A stretch of DNA of 64,000 bases from Myxococcales bacterium. Lineage in GTDB: Bacteria > Myxococcota_A > Polyangia > Polyangiales > DASUME01. Position numbers and translations under genes: made by a program. Under the pieces are notes generated by a model, which saw only the letters and a program-made list of their open reading frames with translations, searched no databases and was not told the origin of the DNA. How positions within the stretch are numbered: position 1 is the stretch's first letter; each line of letters opens with the position of its first letter. The stretch lies in the NCBI GenBank assembly GCA_047601445.1, contig JASGJH010000001.1, forward strand, positions 896,001 through 960,000. Reading direction: 5' to 3'. Below, piece by piece: positions 29,758 through 41,757 of this stretch.

Positions 29758-30849
29758 ATGGGTGTTCCGAAGGGCGAGGGTAGGTCGCGGGGCTCGCGGT
29801 CCAAGGCGGACCGGCGGGCCGAAGGCACGCGCCAGGGGTCGAAGTCGGGCACCATCGAGCGCAGTGAGATCGAGGAAGTAGAAGCAGTGGGTTCCAAGGG
29901 GTACGAGGGGCAAGGGCGCAGCAGCACTGCGGTGCTGGAGCGGGTGGTGGAAGCGCCGCCCCTCGAGATGCTCGAGGCCGCTCCGACCCAGCTGCCCGAC
30001 GACTCCGCGAACTCGAACCACCGCGCCGACATGGTGTTGTACGCGCCGCCTCCACTGGCATTGCCCAGCGGCGATTCGCCGGAGGTCTCGCGCGGAAGCC
30101 GCGAGCACACGCAACGCCTGGAGTCCGCCTCCGTGCTCGATGCGCCGGCGTCGATGACGGAGAGCGTGTCGCCGCCTAAGCAGAACTCCTGGGCGCTCAA
30201 GGCCTGGGTGGCGGCGATGCTGAGCATCATCGCTGCGGCCGGTATCGTCGCGCTGCGAGAGCAAGGCGCGCGACCGTCGTCGTCGGAGCCGGCGGCCGAG
30301 CTGAGTCCGAGCGTGCCGGCGGCACCGAATGCGGGGCCATCTCAAGTCGTTTCGCCGGTCGTCGGCACTGCTGGCAGCACGGGGGTTACCGCCGTCGCGC
30401 CCGTGGTTCCGGGCGTGAGCGCGCCCGCGGCCACGCCGCCGGCGCTTCCGGCAACCGCCGAGAGCGAGGCTGAACCCGACCCCGATTCGCCGGAGGGGCG
30501 AGCCAAGGCGCGGCGCGCTGCGCGTCGTGAGGCCGCGGAGCTCGCGGCAGCGGAGGCAGCCGCCGCGGCCGTGGTCGCCGACGCCTCCAAGGTGAGTGCC
30601 ACTTTGGCGACCAGGCCGCCGCCGCCGAGTCCCTCCGAGAAGGCATTCGAAACCACCGAGCCCAAACCTGCGGAGAAGACGCCTGAGAAGACGTCCGCGC
30701 CGCCTGAGGCCGCCGCGGCACCCGCACCAGCACCGGCCCCCGCGGAGGTCGCTGGGCCCGCTCCGGCAGCGCCGCGCGAGCCGAGCGCACCGATGCCGCA
30801 GATCCCGGGCAATCCGTACGGAAGCGACGACGCCACCGGCACGCCCTGA
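29758..30849 (+). CDS. Single-TM low-complexity Pro/Ala-rich protein
   Basis: One TM (WVAAMLSIIAAAGIVAL), long P/A/E-rich tail ending IPGNPY. Confidence 0.6.
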   Translation: MGVPKGEGRSRGSRSKADRRAEGTRQGSKSGTIERSEIEEVEAVGSKGYEGQGRSSTAVLERVVEAPPLEMLEAAPTQLPDDSANSNHRADMVLYAPPPLALPSGDSPEVSRGSREHTQRLESASVLDAPASMTESVSPPKQNSWALKAWVAAMLSIIAAAGIVALREQGARPSSSEPAAELSPSVPAAPNAGPSQVVSPVVGTAGSTGVTAVAPVVPGVSAPAATPPALPATAESEAEPDPDSPEGRAKARRAARREAAELAAAEAAAAAVVADASKVSATLATRPPPPSPSEKAFETTEPKPAEKTPEKTSAPPEAAAAPAPAPAPAEVAGPAPAAPREPSAPMPQIPGNPYGSDDATGTP

Positions 30850-30877
30850 CGCGCCACCTGACCCGGGCCAACAACCC

Positions 30878-31495
30878 TCAGGGCGAGGTGTGGAGCGAGA
30901 GCGTCAGTACCGCGACGCCGTGCTCGTCGAAGTCGGCATACAGCGCGCGCGTGCCCAGGTTGAGCAACTGATCCTCTGGGGTTCCTTCGTCGGCACGTAG
31001 CGGAGGTGTCAGCCTGCCGTGCTCGTCGACCAACACGCCGGTCTCACGGATCACTTCGAGCATCGAAGCCATCGCGGGGTCCGACGCCGACAACGACTTG
31101 CGCGAGGCGACCACCACCAGCTGCGCTTCGCCCGAAGCGCGCGTCAACAGGCCCCGAGGCGCCTGAAAGATCGCCTGTCTCACCGGGCGCCCGGAGTCCG
31201 TGCGCAGCACCTCCCCGGTCTGCCCGTCTGGGGTCACGAAAATCATGCGCACGTAGCAGTCCACCGAGACCTCTACGCTGGCCCACAGCGTATCGGCCCC
31301 GGTGAGCACCTGTCCGGGACACAACGGATTCTTGTCGCCGGTGCGATCCGCCGCCAAATACACGTGCAGCGCGTGTCCGTGGTCGGCCTGGATGACGCCG
31401 CAGCCATCGTCCTTGCGCGGGACGAGCGCCACGCTGCCTGCGCAAGCGCACACGAGCGTCGAGAGCGCGTATACGAGCCGCCACCTGGTCCGCAT
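30878..31495 (-). CDS. Putative lipoprotein, DUF4384-like Ig fold
   Basis: Signal ending LVCAC; L..ADTLWASVEVSVDCYVRMIFVTPDG and EAQLVVVASRKSL patterns. Confidence 0.5.
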   Translation of the reverse strand: MRTRWRLVYALSTLVCACAGSVALVPRKDDGCGVIQADHGHALHVYLAADRTGDKNPLCPGQVLTGADTLWASVEVSVDCYVRMIFVTPDGQTGEVLRTDSGRPVRQAIFQAPRGLLTRASGEAQLVVVASRKSLSASDPAMASMLEVIRETGVLVDEHGRLTPPLRADEGTPEDQLLNLGTRALYADFDEHGVAVLTLSLHTSP

Positions 31496-31569
31496 CCGCC
31501 GCGCATCATAGCGAGTCTCGCCCGTGGCGGATATGGGGCTCTCGGGGTCGCCTTGTCCGCAGTCGCCGC

Positions 31570-33711
31570 TCAGAACTCGGCGCGCACGCCGAGGTTGGGG
31601 ATGGAGATCGGCGTGACTGCCGTGGCGATGCAGCGTCCGAGCAAGCAGTCCGCGTCGAGGTACTCCTTACGCACCAGCATGTTCAGCCACTCGAAGTAAG
31701 CGAGCATGTTGGCAAAGCGACCCGGCCAGCGATATCCGATGCGCATGTCGAGGCGCACGAACCAGGGCAAGCGCTGTGCATAGCTCGGGTTGAGCTGCTC
31801 GATCAGACGTCCGGAGCGCGCCGAGAAGCGTCCCCCGAGCTCGAGGTGACGCCAGATGCGCCATTGCAGCACCGTATTCAACACGTGGCGCACGTCGAAG
31901 TCCGGCTTGAACTTGCCGATCACCTCGGGCCCGCTGTCGGCTTCCGCCCAGCCCAGCGTGTAGCTGATCCAGCCCGTCAGGTCCTTGTCGAGATTGCGCT
32001 TCAAGAAAAACTCCACGCCATAGGCGTTGGCGCTCACGAGCGGCGGGTTCTCGGGGACGATGCCGTCGGTGACTAGCTCCGGCAAAAGCAGGTTGTTGTA
32101 GTGATGGAAGAAGCCCTGGATCTCGAGGCGCAGCCCATACGGCATGTTGAGTGCGCCGCCGAGCTCGCTCTGAATGGAGCTGGTGAGGCCCTGGCTGACG
32201 GCGACCTCGGTCAGACCCGGCAACGGCAGCATGAACACGGCGGGCTGATGGGCGGTGCCGAACGCGCCGTGTACTTCCCACCGCTGCGTCGGCGTGTAGG
32301 TCAGTCGAATGCGCGGGTCGAAGGCCAAATCCACGCGATTGTTGGAGCTCCAGTAGTCGAAGCGTCCGCCGAGATCCAGGCGAGTCTTGTCGCTCATGCG
32401 CATGATGGTCTGCGCGTACACGCCACCCTGATTGCGACCCGGTGAGTCCGCGTAGAGTGGCAAGCTGATCTGGATGTCGCCCTGGGGCGTGGCCAGCGAA
32501 CCGGGCCCGTCGTAGACGTTGCCCGTGGTGGAGTAGAGGTCGCCGCCGATGCGCAGGTTGTGGCGCCCCAGCTTCAAGTCCGTCCAGAAGCGCGGGCCCA
32601 CGCCGGTGGCCTTGACCTCGAGCGCGTCGCCCATCCGCGAGTTGTCGTAGGAGAAGCGCAGCGCCATGCCGAGCTCGCCGCGTGGCACCTGGTGCACGAA
32701 GCGCGTCTCCACGCGCTGGAACATGATCTGCGACGCGCCGGCGCGAGGATCGTTGCTGAGTCCCGGCAGGTTGGCGTTGTCGAAGGAGCCGATCCACACG
32801 AGCTCGAAGGAGTCGCGCGCGTTGAGCGGGACCTTGTAGCGAACCTGTCCGTCGTAATAGCTGAACGACGTGCCCGGGTTCACCACGTGGGCGGCCTGCA
32901 TCAGCGAGAGCGCCAGGTTCGGATACCCGATTTGGCCGCTGACCGTGATGATGCCCTTGCCGACCGGACCTTCGACCCAGCCACGCGCGTCGATCCAGCT
33001 GAGGTCGACCTCAGCGTCGAACACGTGCTTTTGCGGCACGCCGTTGGCGAGCACCAGACCGCCCGCGCGCCGACCATAGCGGGCCGGCGGCACGCCCGCG
33101 TAGAGCGTGACGGGACCCACCGCCCGCGGATGGATCACGGAGCGCACGAACACGCCGTGAAAGAGCAGGGGTAGCGGGATGTTGTCGTAGACGTAGCCGA
33201 TGGCCGCGGGCGGCGCGCCGCGGATGTACACGTAAGGGACGGCGTTGGCGATCGGCGTGGTGCCTGGCAGGGAGTCCAGGATGCGCAGGGGATCCCCGAA
33301 AGCGCCGGGCAAATCGCGTGCGTTCTCGAGGGGGATCTCGTGACTGCCCGGAACTTCGGGTGGGCGTACGCGCGCCTGGGCGCCGTAGGCGGGGGGGGCA
33401 CCTGGCAGGTTGGTGACGGCCGGGAGCGGCGGTGCCGCCTGCGGGGACTTGGTGGCGGGCGAGCTGACGGGAGACGCGGGAGCTGGACTCGGCTCGGGCG
33501 TGGCCACGGGCGCGAGGATTTCGCCTTCCTCGGGATAGATGTACTCGACGTTGGGTGGCTCGTAGTGCAGCAAGCCGTCGTCCTGGGCGCGTGCGCGCGT
33601 GCTCACGGCACAGACCAGGGCGATCCCGAGAAACAAGGCACAGGCGTGCGCGCTCGTCGTCGGGGGACGCGAGACTGCGAGCTCCGTGCGACGCGTGGCG
33701 TGGAAGGTCAC
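31570..33711 (-). CDS. TonB-dependent receptor
   Basis: Plug-like LPGAFGDPLRILDSLPG...YIRG...PARYGR; barrel strands; C-terminal LGVRAEF; GTGA overlap with the upstream gene inferred. Confidence 0.85.
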   Translation of the reverse strand: MTFHATRRTELAVSRPPTTSAHACALFLGIALVCAVSTRARAQDDGLLHYEPPNVEYIYPEEGEILAPVATPEPSPAPASPVSSPATKSPQAAPPLPAVTNLPGAPPAYGAQARVRPPEVPGSHEIPLENARDLPGAFGDPLRILDSLPGTTPIANAVPYVYIRGAPPAAIGYVYDNIPLPLLFHGVFVRSVIHPRAVGPVTLYAGVPPARYGRRAGGLVLANGVPQKHVFDAEVDLSWIDARGWVEGPVGKGIITVSGQIGYPNLALSLMQAAHVVNPGTSFSYYDGQVRYKVPLNARDSFELVWIGSFDNANLPGLSNDPRAGASQIMFQRVETRFVHQVPRGELGMALRFSYDNSRMGDALEVKATGVGPRFWTDLKLGRHNLRIGGDLYSTTGNVYDGPGSLATPQGDIQISLPLYADSPGRNQGGVYAQTIMRMSDKTRLDLGGRFDYWSSNNRVDLAFDPRIRLTYTPTQRWEVHGAFGTAHQPAVFMLPLPGLTEVAVSQGLTSSIQSELGGALNMPYGLRLEIQGFFHHYNNLLLPELVTDGIVPENPPLVSANAYGVEFFLKRNLDKDLTGWISYTLGWAEADSGPEVIGKFKPDFDVRHVLNTVLQWRIWRHLELGGRFSARSGRLIEQLNPSYAQRLPWFVRLDMRIGYRWPGRFANMLAYFEWLNMLVRKEYLDADCLLGRCIATAVTPISIPNLGVRAEF

Positions 33712-35237
33712 AGGGCTGCGAACCAAAGACCGCTGCGTTCGCCGTCCTCGACGCTGTAGACCAGGCCTTCGAGCGGCGTGTACACGGAAGTGTAGGTAGT
33801 GACGTTATTGTCGACGACGGCGCCTAGCTCGCCCGATACCAAGCGCGCGTGCAGCTTGCCCCGCAGCCGCGTGTCCGTATCGCTCACCTGGGTGGCGTCT
33901 TCGATGTACACGATGGCCGCCTCCGACACCTGCGCAAGCAGTTCCACGCTGAAGGCGTTGGTGGGCACTCCGGAGCCCAGGGTCTCGGGCTCGAAGGTCG
34001 TTTGATTGAAGAGCGAGAGCGTACCTCGGCGATCGGCGATGTCGTGGGGGAAGACCCGAATCACCTCGTTGTCGCGCATGTCCAGGAAGGGAATCGGTCG
34101 GCCGACCTTGGCGAGTGTGAAGACAGCCGCTTTGGCCTGCGCGTCCCACAACACGAACGAATCGTCCTCCGTGAAGCCCACGATTTGGTGGCCGTTCACC
34201 ACCTGGACCGTATTGAGTTCGAGCATGGGCTCGACCAGCATGCGTTCGGTCTGGCCTGGTGGCGTCGCGTAGAACTGGTCGGCGTCGGGACCGTGGATGT
34301 ACTCGAACAGGTAGCCGCTCTGCTGGTAGTTCGCGAAGGTGCCTGGCTCGAAGCTCTGGGACTCCCCGGTGGTCAGGTCGATGCGCACCAGCTGTTCGGC
34401 GGCGCAGGGCGAGTAGAGGTCGAGGTTGAGCCCTGAATACACAGGTTCGCAGGCGTCCTGCGCGATGCGCACGGGCTGGAAGTCGGGACCCGCTGCTTCA
34501 TAGAGATCGTTGCCGTCCACATAAGCCACGCGCAGCGTATCGAAGAGCGCCTGCGAGAAGTCGCGTACGTCTTGCCCGCGCGAGAACAGCAGCTCTCCTT
34601 GGAGCGTGCGCTGGGTCAACGTGCTGTTCTCGATCAACCACAGGGTTTGCGGACCGATGGGGGTGGAACCATTGGTCGGACGTCGCACCGCCGACAGGGC
34701 CGACACGCCCTCCGCGATCAAGGTGACCTCCTGGGTCCAAGGGTTCACCATGGTCAGGGTGCCGCGGCCGTTCCCTACCAGCGAAACCTGTTGCCCGCCG
34801 TCGAGCTCCAACATGGTGGTGCTGCGGGCTCGCCCGAAGGGCCCGCGCAGCACGCAGTGCTCATCGGAGTAGTAGAGCGCGCGGTCCTCGGTGTCCTCCT
34901 TCATGATCACCGGGATGAGGAATGCCGGACTCTTGGCTTTCGAGGTCGGGTCGAACAACGTGGCGTCGATTTGCACCGTGTTCGGCGGTAGGTCGCAGAC
35001 CTTCTTGGTGGCGCGTTCGAAGATGGCGCGCGTGGGCGTTCCGACCGGGTCGCGCGTGAGCAATACGAAGCGCTGGGTGGTGAGCTGATCGAGGATGCGG
35101 TCGATCTTGACCGGACCCTTGAGCAAGAGCTGCGGCTGCACCGGCTTCGCTTCCGGATGCCAGGCGCAACTGGCGCTCAAGAGCAGCGCGCTGAGCCCGA
35201 GCGCTAGACTGGTAAAGGACAAGAAAGCCCGGCACAT
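33708..35237 (-). CDS. Hypothetical beta-rich lipoprotein
   Basis: Signal MCRAFLSFTSLALGLSALLLSASC; host-like codon usage from 35237 downward. Confidence 0.7.
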   Translation of the reverse strand: MCRAFLSFTSLALGLSALLLSASCAWHPEAKPVQPQLLLKGPVKIDRILDQLTTQRFVLLTRDPVGTPTRAIFERATKKVCDLPPNTVQIDATLFDPTSKAKSPAFLIPVIMKEDTEDRALYYSDEHCVLRGPFGRARSTTMLELDGGQQVSLVGNGRGTLTMVNPWTQEVTLIAEGVSALSAVRRPTNGSTPIGPQTLWLIENSTLTQRTLQGELLFSRGQDVRDFSQALFDTLRVAYVDGNDLYEAAGPDFQPVRIAQDACEPVYSGLNLDLYSPCAAEQLVRIDLTTGESQSFEPGTFANYQQSGYLFEYIHGPDADQFYATPPGQTERMLVEPMLELNTVQVVNGHQIVGFTEDDSFVLWDAQAKAAVFTLAKVGRPIPFLDMRDNEVIRVFPHDIADRRGTLSLFNQTTFEPETLGSGVPTNAFSVELLAQVSEAAIVYIEDATQVSDTDTRLRGKLHARLVSGELGAVVDNNVTTYTSVYTPLEGLVYSVEDGERSGLWFAAL

Positions 35238-35312
35238 TGGCCAGCACAGGCTTGCACGGCCACCGGATGGAAACAATCCCCGAAGGAACCCGTGGGAGAG
35301 GGCAGCGAAGAA

Positions 35313-36281
35313 ATGTTGCGGCTCACAATCGAGCAACGGCGCGGTTTCGCCGTAGAGGGTGAACACCCGGTCGACGCGTGTCTTTCGGACGGCCATGGCT
35401 TGGTGGTTCAAGTGGGCGAGGACCGTCTCACGACCTTTCGCAGTGCGGCCAAACCGTTCCAACTCGAAACATCGCTGGCGCTCCTGACCCCGGCGCAGCG
35501 CGTCATGCTCACGAGTCGGGACCTCGCGCTGGGTGCGGCCAGTCACCACGGCGAGCCTTTTCACGTGGCCCAGGTGCGCGACCTTTTGTCGCGCCTCGGT
35601 CGCACGCCCGAGCATCTCTACTGCGGCGTCCACGCGCCGAGCGACCAGGCGAGCGCCCGCGCCCTGTTCGCCAGCGGTGCCGAGCCGAGCGTGCTGCACA
35701 ACAACTGCTCCGGGAAGCACTCGTTCATGGCGGCAGCCTGCGCGGCCCACGGGTTTGCACAGGACTATCGCGGGCCGGAGCATCCGCTGCAGCAGCAGGT
35801 GCTGGAGACCCTGCAGGCGCGCACGGATGGGGCCGTGGCCGGCAGCGTGGTGGATGGCTGCGGTATCCCGTGCTTCGTGCTCCCGTTGTCCGCCATGGCG
35901 TTGGCCTGGGCACGCGTCGCACATGCCATGCGCGACGACCCCGAGCCCCATGGGCTGGGCGCCATCGGTAGGGCCATGCTGGAGCATCCGCGGCTCATGA
36001 GCGGCACTCATGCCTTCGACGGCTTCCTGGCCGAGCAGACCGGGGTCGTGGCCAAGGTGGGCGCTCAGGGGCTGCTGTGCGTCGCGCTGCCCAAACAAGG
36101 TCTCGGCCTCGCCCTGCGCGCGCGTTCGGGGAGTGACGCGGTCCGACCTCAGGCGGCACTATCGCTGCTCGAGCGCTTCGTGCCCGAGGCGCTGCCCGCG
36201 GCGGTTCCGAGCGAGTACACCGGGGTGTTCAACTTGGTGGGCCAGCACGTGGGAGACATCGTGGCGCGCTGGCTCGATTGA
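35313..36281 (+). CDS. Asparaginase II family (Rhizobium-type AnsA-like)
   Basis: RSAAKPFQ, ASHHGE, NNCSGKH, DGCGIP and AKVGAQG motifs. Confidence 0.9.
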   Translation: MLRLTIEQRRGFAVEGEHPVDACLSDGHGLVVQVGEDRLTTFRSAAKPFQLETSLALLTPAQRVMLTSRDLALGAASHHGEPFHVAQVRDLLSRLGRTPEHLYCGVHAPSDQASARALFASGAEPSVLHNNCSGKHSFMAAACAAHGFAQDYRGPEHPLQQQVLETLQARTDGAVAGSVVDGCGIPCFVLPLSAMALAWARVAHAMRDDPEPHGLGAIGRAMLEHPRLMSGTHAFDGFLAEQTGVVAKVGAQGLLCVALPKQGLGLALRARSGSDAVRPQAALSLLERFVPEALPAAVPSEYTGVFNLVGQHVGDIVARWLD

Positions 36282-36283
36282 CC

Positions 36284-36344
36284 GCTCAGGCGTTCTATCG
36301 CCTGAGCTATCAGGCGTTCTATCGCCTGATAGCTCAGGCGTTTT
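36284..36344. repeat. Nested palindromic 24-nt-period tandem repeat between convergent genes
   Basis: TCAGGCGTTCTATCGCCTGA at 36286 and 36310, partial copy at 36334; perfect 18-bp stem 36299-36316/36323-36340 followed by TTTT. Confidence 0.85.
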
Positions 36345-36798
36345 GAGGAGGGCTCACCGGCAGGATGGGCGCCCACACGAGGCGGAACAGCAGCTCGTCC
36401 GGGATGCGCACGCCGCGGTCGCTGAAGAACAGCGCGTTGACTTCGAGTCCCTCGTGGCGCTCGCCCACGAACAGGATGCCCTCGCCCTGGGGGTTGTATC
36501 CCAGCTGCACGATGGCGTTCTTGCGCCAGACGCCCGAATCGCCGACGCGCAGGTCGTCGGGCAACGTGTAGAAGCCCTCGGCCGGCAGGCGCTTCAGGGT
36601 GCGCTCCCAGAGCGGATCCGTGAGCGGCGTGGTGGGGTCACCCCAGTACCAACGGTTGTGCACGTTGCGCCCGGGACGCACCACGAACATCCCGCCGTTG
36701 CGGTCCTCGCCCACGTAGACCAGGGCGCCTTCGGGGATTGCGCTTTGAGCGAACGGGTGGGCTTGCGTGGTGCGGTAGAGTCCTGCGGGAATCGTCAT
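36334..36798 (-). CDS. Hypothetical protein
   Basis: 154-aa ORF with host-like codon usage, 25 nt downstream of uvrA. Confidence 0.7.
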   Translation of the reverse strand: MTIPAGLYRTTQAHPFAQSAIPEGALVYVGEDRNGGMFVVRPGRNVHNRWYWGDPTTPLTDPLWERTLKRLPAEGFYTLPDDLRVGDSGVWRKNAIVQLGYNPQGEGILFVGERHEGLEVNALFFSDRGVRIPDELLFRLVWAPILPVSPPQNA

Positions 36799-36823
36799 GT
36801 TGGCCGCAAGATAGCAGGCAGGC

Positions 36824-39727
<2,904 letters not shown>

Positions 39728-39751
39728 GGCCGACGCTCTAGCACCGAAGCC

Positions 39752-39768
39752 CCTGTACGCACGAGCAG
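39752..39768 (-). promoter_or_regulatory. LexA (SOS) box upstream of uvrA
   Basis: Minus strand CTGCTCGTGCGTACAGG, about 25 nt upstream of the uvrA ATG; 15/17 match to the Myxococcus xanthus LexA consensus as I recall it (CTRHAMRYBYGTTCAGS). Confidence 0.6.
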
Positions 39769-39838
39769 TTCTAGGCGAGATCGCGGACAGGATATGTCCG
39801 CGATAGGCGGCGGACCCGTCGGCTTTGACCGAGTGCGG

Positions 39839-40210
39839 CTACTTGTCGCCGCCGGAGGTGTTGCCCTCGTCGTCCTTCTTTTCCTCGCCTTCGCCCAGAT
39901 AGCGCGACACCACGCGCTCGAAGGCGGCCATGCCCTCGGAGTCCAAGGCGCGCAGGCCCAGCTTGGAGTTTTCGGTCTGCTCGTCGCGCCAGACCACCTC
40001 CATTTTGAGAGCGATTTGCCCCTCTTTGGGGTCCTCGAACTTGATCTCCAGGGTGGTGCCGATGGCGGGCGCGCCGCTCTCCGCGACCACGAACATGCCC
40101 GTCTTGCTCATGTTCCGCGCTTGGGCCTCGATGCGCGAGTCCTGGCCCTCCACCCAGACGGATTGCCTGGTATCGACTCGTGGATCGCGGCGCTGATCCC
40201 TTCCGCTCAT
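39839..40210 (-). CDS. Stand-alone PilZ domain protein
   Basis: QRRDPR (RxxxR) and NMSKTG (D/NxSxxG) c-di-GMP motifs; MEVVW. Confidence 0.88.
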   Translation of the reverse strand: MSGRDQRRDPRVDTRQSVWVEGQDSRIEAQARNMSKTGMFVVAESGAPAIGTTLEIKFEDPKEGQIALKMEVVWRDEQTENSKLGLRALDSEGMAAFERVVSRYLGEGEEKKDDEGNTSGGDK

Positions 40211-40605
40211 CTTGTCCCCATCCTGCTTGGAGCAGGTCGAAAGCGCAGCCGCGCCTGCGCGCAGCCTTGTCCCCAAGGTTAGATCGCCCGAACGTCCGCG
40301 GGAAGACTCTGTGCAGCACCGTGCAAGTGCTTGGCCGTATTCGGTTCCCCGTCGGTGTGTGCGCTTCTGCGATCGCAGCGCTGACGCGATCTGGATCGGT
40401 CTGACGGGATTGGGGCGAACGCCCTGGATCGCAGCTTGCAGAAGTTTCGCCGAGTGAATGGGAGCTCCCTCGGAGCGCGAGGGACGAGGCCGTATAGAGG
40501 AGGCTTCCGCTGGAGCTCGGGGCGGCAGTCGGCGTTTCTCCGCGGGAGCGCCGCACATGCAAGCGGCGTTGCGGAACCGGTCTCGGGGACGGGCGGGAGA
40601 GGGGC

Positions 40606-41220
40606 ATGCGCGCTGGCTGGGTCGCTCTGGTTTTCTGCATCACGCTCGGCGTGGCGACGCGGGCTCAGGCAGGAGACTTCTTCGGGTTGCGGAGCGACGA
40701 CGCCCCCTCGCTCTCCGGCGATGGCTATCGAGGATTGTTGGCAGGCTCGCTGGTGGGCCTGAGCGGCGGCTACGTTGCGGCGCGGCGCCATGGCTTCGAC
40801 AGCAGCGACTGGAAGCCCATGGTCTACGGCCTGGGCTTCGGCGCGCTGGGTGGCCTGGCCGTCGGCCTCACGCTCGGAGCCTTCGAGATTCGAGACCCAT
40901 CGCGAAAGATCGCCAATCTGACCTTACGCGAGATGGTTTGCGCCGGTGCGCTGGGCACGTTGACGGGTGCCATCGTAGGTGGGTTGGTCGCGATCGGGAG
41001 CCGTGAGCCCGAGCACATCCTGTTCGGTGCAGCGATCGGCACCCTGGGTGGTGTGGGCACCGGCTTGGTGGTCGGTGTGGTTCAGGGCAGCTTCGCCGCC
41101 AAGAAGGCCGCGCGCCAGAACGAGCACGCGCGCAGGCCGAGCATCGGACCCAGCTGGGCGATGGTGGCGGACGCGCAGCACCGGCGCGTGCTGATGGTGG
41201 GGGCAGAAGGGCGCTTCTAA
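40606..41220 (+). CDS. Hypothetical Gly-rich membrane or exported protein
   Basis: Signal peptide, four GxxxG-rich hydrophobic segments, C-terminal GAEGRF. Confidence 0.65.
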   Translation: MRAGWVALVFCITLGVATRAQAGDFFGLRSDDAPSLSGDGYRGLLAGSLVGLSGGYVAARRHGFDSSDWKPMVYGLGFGALGGLAVGLTLGAFEIRDPSRKIANLTLREMVCAGALGTLTGAIVGGLVAIGSREPEHILFGAAIGTLGGVGTGLVVGVVQGSFAAKKAARQNEHARRPSIGPSWAMVADAQHRRVLMVGAEGRF

Positions 41221-41249
41221 ACGCCATTCAAGTCAGCCGAGCACGCCGC

Positions 41250-41684
41250 TCAAGTCGCGGCGAGATCACTCGTGCAGAACTTGCAGCGCTTGGCCTTGAG
41301 CGGCACCTGCTCGAGGCACATCGGGCACTCGCGGGTGGTAGGCGCGGGAGCCGGTGGCTGGCTGCCCGAAGGGCTCTGGATCTTCTTGATGGCGCGCACC
41401 GCCCAAAACAGCACGAAGGCCACGATCAAGAAGTCCACGATCACCGAGGCCAGATCACCCACCAACAGGCGGACGTCATTGGTGGGGCCTTCGGGCGGAA
41501 GTTCGCGCAGCGTGATGGCCGCCTGTCGCCACTCGCCGCTCGGCAGGATCAGCGAGACCAGAGGCATGATGAGGTCGTTGACTGAAGCGGTGACGATCTT
41601 GCCGAAGACGCCGCCGATGATCACGCCGATGGCGAGATCCACGACGTTGCCCTTGAAAGCGAAGTCCCGAAAGTCTTTCCACAT
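41250..41684 (-). CDS. mscL: Large-conductance mechanosensitive channel with C-terminal zinc ribbon
   Basis: FRDFAFKGNVVDLAIGVIIGG.FGKIV; C-terminal CPMC...CKFC. Confidence 0.95.
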   Translation of the reverse strand: MWKDFRDFAFKGNVVDLAIGVIIGGVFGKIVTASVNDLIMPLVSLILPSGEWRQAAITLRELPPEGPTNDVRLLVGDLASVIVDFLIVAFVLFWAVRAIKKIQSPSGSQPPAPAPTTRECPMCLEQVPLKAKRCKFCTSDLAAT

Positions 41685-41757
41685 GGCTCGGTCTCCCGGC
41701 TGAGCAGGCGTTGGCCGAACCGTACAGCAGAAAGCCGGCAAGGGCCCGTGCGAATGG

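Noticed and set aside
35238..36098. N-terminal 286 aa of the 796-aa ORF 33708..36098
   Set aside because: It is the antisense shadow of the asparaginase gene; the real lipoprotein signal starts at 35237.
36284..36344. Mini CRISPR array
   Set aside because: Units are separated by only 4 nt, there are no unique spacers and no cas genes.
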